DNA of 63,505 nucleotides, the filler included, from Octopus bimaculoides (Eukaryota): NCBI RefSeq assembly GCF_001194135.2. It is 4 parts of 4 records of this genome, joined end to end, with 100 filler letters (N's around TTAATTAATTAA, not from the genome) between each part and the next. Parts side by side here need not be neighbours in the genome. Positions count along the whole stretch, not along the records: positions 1 to 28,445 come from NC_068992.1; 3 more parts are not named here. One strand, 5' to 3'. The position numbers and the translations under genes are program-made. Shown one piece after another: positions 1 to 10,689 of the stretch; the first letter of the stretch is position 1; each line of letters begins with the position of its first letter. The notes below the pieces were generated by a model that made no database searches, was not told the DNA's origin, and was given only the letters and a program-made list of their open reading frames with translations.

Positions 1-501
1 CCGACCATCAAACGCCGCCTGAAAATCTTCGTCTTCGATGGTGTAAGCGGCGCTGTCCTCGACGGGGCTCTGCCCTCCCTTGCAGTCCCAACTCACAGCG
101 CACGATGCCCCCACACTTCCGAACGTGACCTCATCTCCTGCAATCCTAACGCCACCAAGACGGTTGATGGCGTCCATCCCCAACACGACATCAACCCCGT
201 CTATCACATAGTCGATCACGATCACCCATAGCCTCAGCACTGCGCTCGGTAACGCTATCTCCAAACTGGAGCTGCCCCTGCAACAGATCTCTCTACCGTC
301 GACCGCCCGGACGCTACTTGTCCCATCCCATTTCTTCGCCACCCTTCGCATCACGAGGGTAGTCATGCAACCCGTGTCCACGAGGGCCTTGAACTTCTTC
401 CCCTCGACCTCGACTTCAACCACGGGCAGCGCCTCCACAAGCACCTCTAATTGGTTGCGGGGAAAATTTGAGAGGCAACAACTTCCCCACGGTCGTTTCC
501 C
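1..501 (-). CDS. pol: Gypsy pol, N-terminal part (aspartic protease), in the -1 frame relative to gag
   Basis: Stop-free from the slip site to base 1: KRPWGSCCLSNFPRNQLEVLVEALPVVEVEVEGKKFKALVDTGCMTTLV...DVVLGMDAINRLGG...; missed by the ORF track because it has no upstream start. Confidence 0.88.
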
Positions 502-1360
502 TGGTCGCAATCACGGGCGATGTGCCCAGTCTTCCTGCATCAATAGCAGACGGGCCCCGATTCGGCACATTCCCTCGCCATGTGCAGCCCTTGACATTTG
601 AAACACCGGCCCGAGAACGGCCGCTGTCGTTGCTCGGTAGGCTTCCTNNNNNNNNNNNNNNNNNNNNNNNNNNNNNNNNNNNNNNNNNNNNNNNNNNNNN
701 NNNNNNNNNNNNNNNNNNNNNNNNNNNNNNNNNNNNNNNNNNNNNNNNNNNNNNNNNNNNNNNNNNNNNNNNNNNNNNNNNNNNNNNNNNNNNNNNNNNN
801 NNNNNNNNNNNNNNNNNNNNNNNNNNNNNNNNNNNNNNNNNNNNNNNNNNNNNNNNNNNNNNNNNNNNNNNNNNNNNNNNNNNNNNNNNNNNNNNNNNNN
901 NNNNNNNNNNNNNNNNNNNNNNNNNNNNNNNNNNNNNNNNNNNNNNNNNNNNNNNNNNNNNNNNNNNNNNNNNNNNNNNNNNNNNNNNNNNNNNNNNNNN
1001 NNNNNNNNNNNNNNNNNNNNNNNNNNNNNNNNNNNNNNNNNNNNNNNNNNNNNNNNNNNNNNNNNNNNNNNNNNNNNNNNNNNNNNNNNNNNNNNNNNNN
1101 NNNNNNNNNNNNNNNNNNNNNNNNNNNNNNNNNNNNNNNNNNNNNNNNNNNNNNNNNNNNNNNNNNNNNNNNNNNNNNNNNNNNNNNNNNTAGAGAGTCA
1201 GGGTGCTCCCTTCCAAGTATAGAGCCATGAGACTCGCCACATCACTTATTCCTTGCAGCTTGGCAACGAGCCTAATTTTTCGTATCCAAGCCATCACATC
1301 TCCTTCGCCATTAAAAGGCCTGATCACATCGCTGGCGATCCTAATCTTGGTGGCTGCCAT
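447..1360 (-). pseudogene. gag: Gypsy gag (middle in N gap; nonsense codon in zinc knuckle)
   Basis: ATG at 1360; knuckle C-Y-*-C-R-K-T-G-H-I-A-R-D-C (CX2CX4HX4C) at 507-548 with TGA at 540-542; natural stop TAG at 447-449. Confidence 0.85.
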
Positions 1361-1395
1361 CGCGGCAAATTTCTGCACGTGGGGCCGAAATAGCT

Positions 1396-1683
1396 TGTGA
1401 TGTGTGCGTACGAGTAGATGTAATCACCTTACCTCGGTTTTCCTTTCCTCAACTGCGAGTCTGTCTTGCAGTATCCAATCCTTGAAGCTTGCCCCGACCC
1501 AAACTACACCAGGAATAGCAGCTGCTTCTCCCAAACCTAGACCGTCGCTTAACACGTCTTGTCCTGACCACAACCCCGTTCAAAAAGGGCAAGAATCCCG
1601 ATCGAGGCTCCCTCTGCCCTTTTTCCCCTTCCGGTCAACTCGCCCTTCCGGTCAGCCTCCCCAGACACTGACGTCATACCACA
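1396..1683 (-). repeat. 5' LTR of the Gypsy element (about 288 bp)
   Basis: Imperfect terminal inverted ends TGTGGTATG...CACATCACA; lies 35 nt upstream of the gag ATG; abrupt GC-rich to AT-rich switch at 1683. The partner LTR is outside the window. Confidence 0.75.
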
Positions 1684-3340
1684 TAGAGAGTGTATAGTAT
1701 CAACCAAAAACAAAAGAAAAGTAGTTGATGAAAGTAATTACATCTACGATTTTCATTCAAGCAATACAAAACTAGGAAAAGAATACTGGAGATGTGAGAA
1801 AAGAAGGCTGTGTTCAGTACGAATTCACATGGTAACAGAAAACAATGAGCCAAAAGTTATCTATTTTTCTCCTTCATCCAGCTGATGTAGATTCATTAAA
1901 TGCTAAAAAAGAAGTTGCATAAATAAAGCATGAAGTGGTGGAAAACAAGCAAGTTTGTGTAGCATAATAGCGACTAAGTTTACACAGCTAACAGAAAATA
2001 CTTGATCTCAATTTCCTCATTTGCCTGTACTTTCCAGGATTATTCAGAGGTGCTGACAAAAAAATTCTGAATTTCCCGCCAACCCAGGGGCTAGAACTGA
2101 TTTTGAGATACCTGAAGAATATTGTAAACTTGATAAGGGCAAACAGTTTTTGAGATATGATTCAGATATCGAGGATCAACAGTGCATACTAGTATTTGCA
2201 TCAGAAAGTGCTCTTCAGGATACAGCATCATATCGTCATTGGGCATGTGATGGAACATAAAAAATTGTGCCAGAACAGTAGTTTCAACTGTTTAGCATTC
2301 ATGCACAAGTTAAAGGTAGCAGTTTTCCATGGGTATTTGCATTACTGCTGAATAAAACAAAGCAGACATACAAATTATTTTTCGAGCAATTGAAAATTAT
2401 GCAATCTAATGCATATCTGCTTGATCTCATGGCAGACTTTTAAGTTGCAGTTCATAAGGCATTTAATTCATTATTCCCTAATTCATCTATCGTGGCATGT
2501 TTGTTTCATTTGAGCCAATCAGTATTTTGAAAGATTACAGATTTAGGCCTCAAAGAAAAATACAACAAAGACTCTGAATTCTGTCTTAAAATTCGCTGTT
2601 TTTCATCATTAGCCTTCCTACCCATTGAAGATGTCCAAGAGGTCTATGAAGAATTAATAGATGATGAAGAAATACCGGCTGAATTCATCACTTACTTTGA
2701 CTTGACTTACGTAGGCATTGTGAGAGGACATGGTGCTAGATAAAGGAGAGAACCACCTACATTCCTGATAGCTGTATGGAATATTAATCAATGTATTCTT
2801 CAAGATCTTTTTGGAACAAATAATGCTGTGGAGGTGTTTCATTCTGTGATAAAGCATTCAACAGGTGGAGTACATTTGAATATTTGGAAATTAATCAAAA
2901 TTCTGAAGAAAGAGGAAAGGTTTGTTCAAGGTAAAATGACTCAAATTCTTCGAGAGGATCTGTCAAATTCATGTGCACAATATCAAAGAATAACTGAACG
3001 CCTCAAAAGATTGTTCATTGAATATGGGTCAACAAGAAAAATTGATTTTTTGAAGAGTGTGGCATATAATTTGCATCAATTTCAAGTGATCATAATAAAT
3101 CATTAGTTATATCTTATTACTTTTTTAAAATGACGTTTTTAAATACATTTTTCCACAGTATTTTACTTGAATCCTATCAATAAAATTGTCAAAGATTATT
3201 TGATTTTCATGTTCACCTTGTTTTCTAAAGAGTTTATCTAAAATTGGACAAAAAATCATTGAACAAAAAGACGTTGGATGAAAAGACGTGGACAAAGCGA
3301 CATGGGACAAAATGACATCAAATAAAAAGTCAGGTCACTC
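1684..3340 (+). mobile_element. MULE/Mutator DNA transposon remnant (FLYWCH + MULE transposase, several stops)
   Basis: YIYDFH...KEYWRCEKRRLCSVRIH (FLYWCH-like), HWACDGT*KIVPEQ, MADF*VAVHKAF, ACLFHLSQSV, GTNNAVEVFH; right end has repeated GGACAAAA motifs and terminates in GGTCACTC. Confidence 0.88.
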
Positions 3341-3639
3341 TGTATTCTGGCATCACCAGCTGAGTTGTGACTTATTGTATTTTACCCTGATCAGACTACC
3401 AGCTGACTTGCAAATTAATTAAACCACCTTCATTACAAATGTACTGCAGGGAATGTGGCAGCAAAACCATCCCACAAGCTGTTTGGTTTCTCCCTAATTC
3501 ATGCAAATTTAGGTGGTTGACTAATTCAGCACTTAAGAAAGGAAAATGTCTACACACATTACTCTTCAATTCTAGCTGGGTTTTGCAGACATTGTACTTG
3601 AGTCTTGCTTATGGTGTGAATGCTTCAAAGCTTTTTTGA

Positions 3640-4130
3640 AAGACATCACATTTATTCTTAACAATCTTTCTACATGATGCATGGTTTCCAGCCAAAGTCT
3701 TCCAGTTATCCACAGCTATCTCCAAAGCTGTAAGATTGCTTTTTATAACATTCTTAAATCGCTTCCTTAATTTATGCTGTGGCCCTTTCCTTTTGGTCAG
3801 CTTCTCATAAAATGATCTATTCAGGTATCCTTACATCTTCTATTCTGACAACATGATCAGCCCGAAGCATCTAGTTCAAAATTTTCCTTTTCTCAATATT
3901 GGCACTACCCACTAGGTCAATCTAGGACAGTTATAACTGCCTCTCCTTAAAAAAGAAGAGATTCTATAATAATGACATTGTTATATTGAGTTGATTTTAC
4001 AATATCTTCAGTATTTTTGGTCAGTAAGAAGAGAAATAGGAAAGCCCATAGTAGTCTTATATTTTCCAAAATGCCCTAAACAATTGGCTAACTGGATATA
4101 TTTAGTAAGGTTAGGGTTTCTTATTGAACT
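3640..4130 (-). mobile_element. Degraded RTE-type LINE C-terminal fragment
   Basis: Minus translation FYEKLTKRKGPQHKLRKRFKNVIK resembles the RTE C-terminal FYGEL..GKR..G.QKKR.KD.LK motif; many stops. Confidence 0.5.
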
Positions 4131-4357
4131 GTTTCAAGGCAGACATTGTTGAGATGAAAATATATGATATAAAGATTTTGCAGAATGGTGTTTGTCTGAA
4201 GAAGAAAGAATGGATAAATGCTTACAAAAAGACATGAAAAGAGAAAAGGAAGTATAGTAATGGATGAGGTGAAGCTGGAAGAAGCTAGCTAATGTGGACA
4301 GGTATCTACTTAGAAAGATTTGATGTAATAGATTGGTAAAGCAAACATTACAATGTA

Positions 4358-4574
4358 GTGTGTGTGTGCATGTATGCGTGTGTTTGTGTGTATGTGTGTG
4401 TGTGTGTGTGTGCACATGTGCACACACATGTGTTTGTGTGTATATGTGTATGTGTAAAACTGTGTATGTGTCCATGTGAGACTGTGTATGTGTGTATGTG
4501 ACTCTGTGTGTGTGTGCATGTGCACACACGTGTGCACATGTGTATGTGTGTGACTGTGTGTGTGTGGATCTGCA

Positions 4575-4628
<54 letters not shown>

Positions 4629-4650
4629 TTTTTGTGTCACTTGTGTGTTA
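4358..4650. repeat. Compound (TG)n/(TATG)n microsatellite
   Basis: Direct inspection; explains the HT/TH-repeat ORFs. Confidence 0.95.
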
Positions 4651-5365
4651 GGTGCATCATTCTAGATATGTAAGCAACCCAGAGACTGAAATGCAGCCTT
4701 GATGAAATGTGAAAGTATCACCAGTGTGAAGCATTAAAGATTGTCAATCTGGCATTACAAAAGAAATTGATTGTTTCAGTTTTATATTCCAGAACATTGT
4801 TCCACAGATATATTACTAACTATTATTCCTAAATATTGGGAATATAGGTCATTACTTACCAATGGGTCAAAGCGATTCTGTTTGGGAAGACTGACCAGAG
4901 GCTCAACTGTAGTACCAACGATAACTTTTTGCCCTGAACCAGGTATCTCCTAAACAAGAAAAAAAAAAAAAAAACAAGTCTAATCACTGTAAAGTATGAA
5001 ATCTTCAGATATCATTTTAATGTGAACGTTTGTGCATATATGCAAACATACAGATATCTATGAGTGTGTGTGTGGTGGGGTGTATGATCTGTAGGTGGTG
5101 AAATTGATAGAGAGTAACTAGCAACTAAGAAGTTATGATTCATATCCTGCATCTAGGACTGCCCCTTGACCTACATGATGAAAGCATTTAAATCTTAAAT
5201 AGCCAATAGAGGGATACTGTCTTGTTTTTGCTAGTACATTTGAGATACATTTTGATGAGAACAATATTTTTACAGTTAACCACTCACCTTTAAAGTCAGT
5301 GCCCTTCTCAATGAAGCAAGTTGTATTTGCTTTTTCCCTCGAATACGCAAATTGGAAAAGAGTTA

Positions 5366-6609
5366 CAGGAGTTGGACAAAATAACGGAAACACCTTAAAA
5401 TTTCAAACAAATTTATTTTAATATGGGGTAGGACTGCCTTTAGTAGTAATTTCTGCTTGAATTCTACAAGGTATGGACTAATACAAAGTTTGAATTGTTT
5501 CCAGAGGAATTTTTGTCCATTCATCAGCTAAAACAGTCTTCAGTTCTTGTAGTGATGATGGTGGACTCCTTACTTGTTTTTCTAAAATGCACCATAAATG
5601 TTCAATAATATTGAGATCTGGGGACTGAGGTGGCCTGATAAGATGTTCAACTAGAATGTTCCTCATGCCATTCAGTAACAACTTTAGCTGTGTGAATTGG
5701 TGCATTATCATCCTGAAAGGTTGTGTTTTCCTCTGGAAACAGTTCCACAACCACAGAATGAATTTGATCAGATAAAATGCTTAAATAGTCTTGACTATTA
5801 ATTCTGCCATGAGGAGAAACCATTGGGCCGGCAGATTTCCAAGATATAGCCCCACCAGATTATCACAGATACTCCTCCATATTTAACAGTTGGAAGAAGC
5901 CAGTCTGGGTCAAATGCTTCTTTTGGCTGTCTTCACATGTTTACTCAGCCAGTAGTCAGAAATAGAGTAAAGGATAACTCGTCCGAGAAAATAACATTCT
6001 TCCACTCTAGGTTTTTACTCCACTCTAAATGCTTTGCAACGTTTGTTTTTGAAAGTAGTGGTTTTCTGATTGCAGCCCTCCCATGAAATCTGGCTTGTGC
6101 AGCTCCAAGCAAATAGTTTTTGTGAAAACTGGATTCTCAAAGTGGTCATTAAGCTCTGCAGTAATTTTTGGAGCTGCACTTTTGTGATCCTTTCTTACAA
6201 TTCACAAAAGAGTCCAACGGTCCCTATCTGAAAGTTTTGGCTTTCTTCTGGAGTTTTGTTTCGACAAGAAGGTTTTTCCCTCTTTCTAAATGGATGTTAT
6301 TACTTTCAAGACAGTACTTCTTGATACACCAAACATTTCGGCTGTTTTCATTACGCTAGCACCTGCCATACAAGCACTAACAACTTGACCTCTTTGAAAG
6401 TCCGATAGACCTGTCATTTTAATGAATTTTAATTACCTTTTTCTGATGATATCTGAAAAGAAACAGCAATTTTAGCAAAACATATTAAGCAACACTAATA
6501 ATAAATAAATAAAAAACATAAAAATAAACAAGCTTTTGGTGGTTTTATTGATATTTCAAAATTATGATGCTATGATGCTAGGTGTTTCCATTATTTTGTC
6601 CAACCCCTG
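5366..6609 (-). mobile_element. Full-length Tc1-family DNA transposon (DD34E, degenerate)
   Basis: 29-bp TIRs CAGGAGTTGGACAAAATAACGGAAACACC / CAGGGGTTGGACAAAATAATGGAAACACC (27/29), TA on both sides; ATG at 6417 (MTGLSDFQRGQ), VIFSDE, FQDDNAPIH, PQSPDLNIIEHLW. Confidence 0.95.
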
Positions 6610-6649
6610 TATGTGCATTCTCTAAGAGCATATGATTAAGGAAAGCAGT

Positions 6650-6835
6650 TTTTGATGGTTGGGGTAAGTTGATTATATCAACTCCAGTGTTCAACTAGTA
6701 CTTATTTTATCAATCCTGAAAGGATGAAAGGCAAAGTTGACCTCAGCAGAATTTGAACTCAGAATGTAAAGACAAATAAAATGTTGCTGAGCATTTTGCC
6801 TGGCATGCTAACAGTTCTGTTAGTTTGCCACCCTC
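6650..6835 (-). mobile_element. tRNA-derived SINE, family A (CpG-eroded copy)
   Basis: Reverse complement aligns with the 46510-46720 copy (GAGTTCAAATTC B-box, GAGGTCAACTTTGCCTTTCATCC). Confidence 0.85.
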
Positions 6836-7734
6836 CCAAGAGTATACAATAATGACATGCAACATTGGATCTTCTGATAGTAGGGTCGATAGAACAATAA
6901 CTTGTATTTCAAGGGATTCAAGCAGGAAATGTTTTCACTTACATTGGAATAAAGAAGTCTAACTTGTGCTAATATCAGTACAAAAGGCCATTGAAACATT
7001 TAAAGACACTAGAAGCATGAAAACATTTGTCTTTCATAATAAAATAAATCTCTTAATTCTGTACTTCAACCAATCCTTTTTTTTTTTTTCTCTGATACTT
7101 TAAACTTTTCTTTGTAATAACTTTGTATGCCTTTCTTTAAATCCTGGCCATATAGCAATACCTAATAGCAATGGATAAATGAATGAATGAATGAATGTGT
7201 GTATGTGTGCATATATATGTAGAAAACAAAACAAAACATGAGATTGCTTATGTTTAGTTACATCATCTTAAGTATATTTTATTGTCATAAGGTAATTATT
7301 GATTAATTAATGCAAATTATGTAATCAATATTTAATGTCAAATCACCAGAAACATGTAACCATTACAGAATGAAAAGATGACAGTATTCACCATTGTAGA
7401 GATGACTCAAAGATAGATGGATGGATGATTCTTTAAGATTTATTTTTACCTTGGCAGAATTCAAGTCAATCACTACAAAGTAGTACGGCCCTTTTGTTTA
7501 AGTCAATACAACTTTTAGGGTCTGTGGCTATCTGAACTGGTTGCTGTATACTCATATAATGTGTACTAGTTGTGTATGTCTGTGCATGTGGATAAACTTG
7601 CACTTGTGGGTGTGCATGTCACAACAGAACACAAGTACATGCACATCTAATTTTCACTGTTCCTCTAATTGACCATATCTGGAGAATGTAAATCAGTCTG
7701 CTATTTTTTTTTTTAAGAACCCAAGCATTTCTAA

Positions 7735-8010
7735 GTTACTAAGCAGTTTTATCATTACAAAACCCAGTGCACATACGATAATAGGAATGAATGAAAATCT
7801 GTAGCTTGAATATGTGAGCAGTTTGTTTCTCATCAGTTCTCCATAGATATTCTTTTCCTAAATTTTTGAAGGCATTCATCCCCATTTGACAGCTGTTCTT
7901 TACAACAGTGCATGACTTTTGCTCCCTGTCCCATACAACTATATCTGGCCTATTGTACTTACACGGTGTTGCTGTTCTTATTGGAAAGTTCCACCAGTAC
8001 ACCCTATTTT
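7735..8010 (-). mobile_element. R4/Dong-like non-LTR element, restriction-like endonuclease fragment
   Basis: WWNFPIRTATPCKYNRPDIVVWDREQKSCTVV (PD..D motif), similar to the 23.5-kb copy. Confidence 0.75.
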
Positions 8011-8249
8011 TAAAGGGGTGGATAGTTTCTGATTTTGGTGTAACAATCTTTCCTGCATAACAAGGTGGTATGAAAATGTTCCCATATCAAAATGTTCCCA
8101 ACAGGTGGTAGCACATGGTTATGTGTGTAGTGAGAGCTAGTAGTGATCTTCATGGGGCAATGTGCCTAATGACATTACTGTATTTACCTTGCAAGTTGTG
8201 AAATTTGTGTTTTGGTGATCACATGTATACTGTAGTCTGCAATTTTTGT

Positions 8250-8545
8250 CATGGACAGGAAGTTAGGACAAAGAGCCAATGTGAAATTTTGCATCAAGCT
8301 TAGAAAGTCTGCTACAGAGACATTGAGCATGCTTTGGCTAGCTTACAGCAATGAGGCAATGGGTTGTACACAATGTTTCAAGTGGCATAGTTGCCTCAAA
8401 AGGCATACAGAGCTGCTGCTCAATCAAGAGCATGCTCGTCCTTGTTTTTTTCAACATCCATGGTACTACTGTGCATCAAGAATTTGTCCCCCAGGGCCAG
8501 ACCATCAATCAAGAGTTCTACTACAATATTTTGAAGCATTGAACT
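8250..8545 (+). mobile_element. Mariner transposase, internally deleted remnant
   Basis: QRANVKFCIKLRKSATETLSML (N-terminal HTH) joined directly to SMLVLVFFNIHGTTVHQEFVPQGQTINQEFY (catalytic-domain segment). Confidence 0.8.
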
Positions 8546-9134
8546 GTTGGCTGGTACTGGCTTGTGTTCTGTGGTCAACGACTAGACCTTAGAAGGTCTG
8601 AAGCTGTGACAAATTGGCGTAGATGAAGCAGGCTATTTTATAGGAAAAAAATCAGCTCCAGAACCATCAGAAAACACTCTCTCACGTGACCTTATCAGCA
8701 GGCTACGATTGGGTGATATGCACCCTGGCACGAAATAAATGCCACGCAAATAACAGCCAATCAGGGTGATGGACACAGCAGGGTCCAAGGTGCAGCCAAA
8801 GGCCAGCTGTTACCCGCTACGTCCGCATTTACAAACATACAATCGAGAGAGAAGCTTAGCTACATAGCTTCACACCAGTCATTTTGTCAAAGACAAAACA
8901 GACGACACAGGAAATAATGTAGCTTAAAGAAATGGTTGGTCCTAAAGCTGGCACTTAGTCACCATTTAGTAAGATGCTCCTTTAATCAGAAGACTACGTG
9001 AACAGAATCACGTCGGGAGGTCACCAGTTTGTAGAACGACCATGCGAACCAAGGAGAATGGTGACGAATGGAACGGCTCCTTTTAACGCATCGCACGGTC
9101 AACACAAATATAATAATATATAAGTGAACTCACA
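8546..9134 (-). mobile_element. Orphan LTR-retroelement remnant with tRNA-Trp-like PBS
   Basis: Minus ...CTACA-AAC-TGGTGACCTCCCGACGTGATT at 9006-9031 matches the tRNA-Trp 3' end with a 2-nt insertion; flanks are CpG-rich; no coding sequence seen. Confidence 0.55.
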
Positions 9135-9174
9135 TGTGAAGTACCAACAAGGAAAAGAGAGAGACACAATCGGT

Positions 9175-9285
9175 AAAGATGAATAAAGAGAAAGTCGACC
9201 TTGGTGGAATTTGAACTCAGAACGTAGCGGCAAATAAATACCGCTAAGCATTTCGCCGGGCGTGCTAACGTTTCTGTCACTCACC
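9175..9285 (-). mobile_element. SINE family A (5' part, CpG-intact)
   Basis: GTCGACCTTGGTGGAATTTGAACTCAGAACG...CCGCTAAGCATTTCGCCGGGCGTGCTAACG matches other family A copies. Confidence 0.85.
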
Positions 9286-9299
9286 ACACTGTGTGTTTC

Positions 9300-9760
9300 A
9301 CAGCAACCCTGAAGGAATGCATTCTAGCAACCTGTGTATAATTCATACACCGTATTCAAGCACTATGGGCCTGTAGATTTTACTTCCATGCATTTCCTGG
9401 TTTTTAGCTCAAGCTTTGTATGTGTGACTGCCAACCAATTTAACACATTTATCTCAACATTTATTGCTCTTTTGAACATGTTAACAAGGGTTGTTTGGTA
9501 GAATGAGCTTTCTATTCCAATAACCAGCTATCAGATCTCTCCCAGGTGATTTCCCATTCAACAGTTTTACAAAATGGTCAGGAGAGTTTCACTGTAGAAA
9601 TTTTACATTTTGAGAGAAACATTTGTACAGTACTCACTCCATAGCTCATCTAACCACTTCGTGTAATGAATATGTTACTTGTTATTCAGAACCCTCACCA
9701 AAATGCTTCTAAAACATTAAGGGGATGGGCTTTTATAACTTTCACCACATGAACTTTCAT
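9300..9760 (-). mobile_element. Highly degraded LINE reverse-transcriptase remnant
   Basis: Only IYRPIVLEYGV*IIHRLLE (NYRPISL-like) and a KSPSP*CF motif are recognisable. Confidence 0.3.
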
Positions 9761-10689
9761 TCTATGATACACTACTTGTGAGTTTATTGCACACACACAC
9801 AAAGTATGGACTACCTAGAAGTTACTTTTGTTATTATCCTTAAGGATCTCTTTACTTAAATTTTTCAATGTCTCTTTGTTCCCCACCTCACCTTATTTTA
9901 TCTCCTCTTCTATATCCACTAATAAACTGAGACATTTTTACCTGGGTACTTGAAGTTCTGACTCTGCAAAAATCAAAAACACAAAAAACATGACCTTTTT
10001 CATGACAAAACAAAATTATTTAATTTAGTACTTCAATCAACCTTTTTCTTTGATGCTTTACAAACATAAATATTTGAACTTTTCTTTGCTAACATGCATG
10101 TAATGTCTTTCCCTCCTTTTTCTCACAATAAATCCTGGTGATTTCAAGCTCACTGCCATATAGACATGCTGGCTAGCTGAAGATATGACTACCTCCACCT
10201 CACCACCAAATGCCAGATATTTATCTTCATTCATGTCCCTAGTTTGTAACATGGCTTTAATCTCCTTTTAAGGCTACCAGTATCTTATCTAGTACCAAGC
10301 TCTGATAAGTATCCTCCCTTTTCTTCTGTTAGCAAGCCAGGTACAAGTTTTCTTATTCCCTTCACACACAGCAATAGGAACAAACAGCAGTACCACCATA
10401 AATTTACCTTTTCCTGTCAATTCCAAAGACTTAGGACTACCACCATCAATATAGACACAATAAAAGGTAAATCTGGTGAGATTGTGTAGTTGCCGGTGAT
10501 GTGTGCAACTGGCAAAATGGAAGGGACTCCCAGCCAAATTTCTCAAAAGCAAGAAACAGCAATCAAAAATTCTTGTGGATGGGTAAAAGTAATGGAGTGA
10601 GTGGTTCATGCATATTGTTATGAGGCATGATTAAATAAAGTAAATAAGGTGTCAGAGTATGAAATTAAGCTGAGGTGAGTTATAGACAG

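Larger units (their letters stand above)
1..1683 (-). mobile_element. Ty3/Gypsy LTR retrotransposon, 5' part (LTR, gag, protease; continues beyond window start)
   Basis: Minus strand reads LTR TGTGG...TCACA, then gag (MAATKIRIASDVIRPFNGEGDVMAWIRKIRLVAKLQ), a CCHC knuckle, aspartic protease ALVDTGC...VVLGMD, and then IEDEDFQAAFDGR. Confidence 0.93.

Noticed and set aside
10050-10610. ORFs 10058-10252 and 10289-10609 as host exons
   Set aside because: No convincing splice sites or recognisable motif, and many stops in neighbouring frames; possibly a decayed transposase I cannot assign
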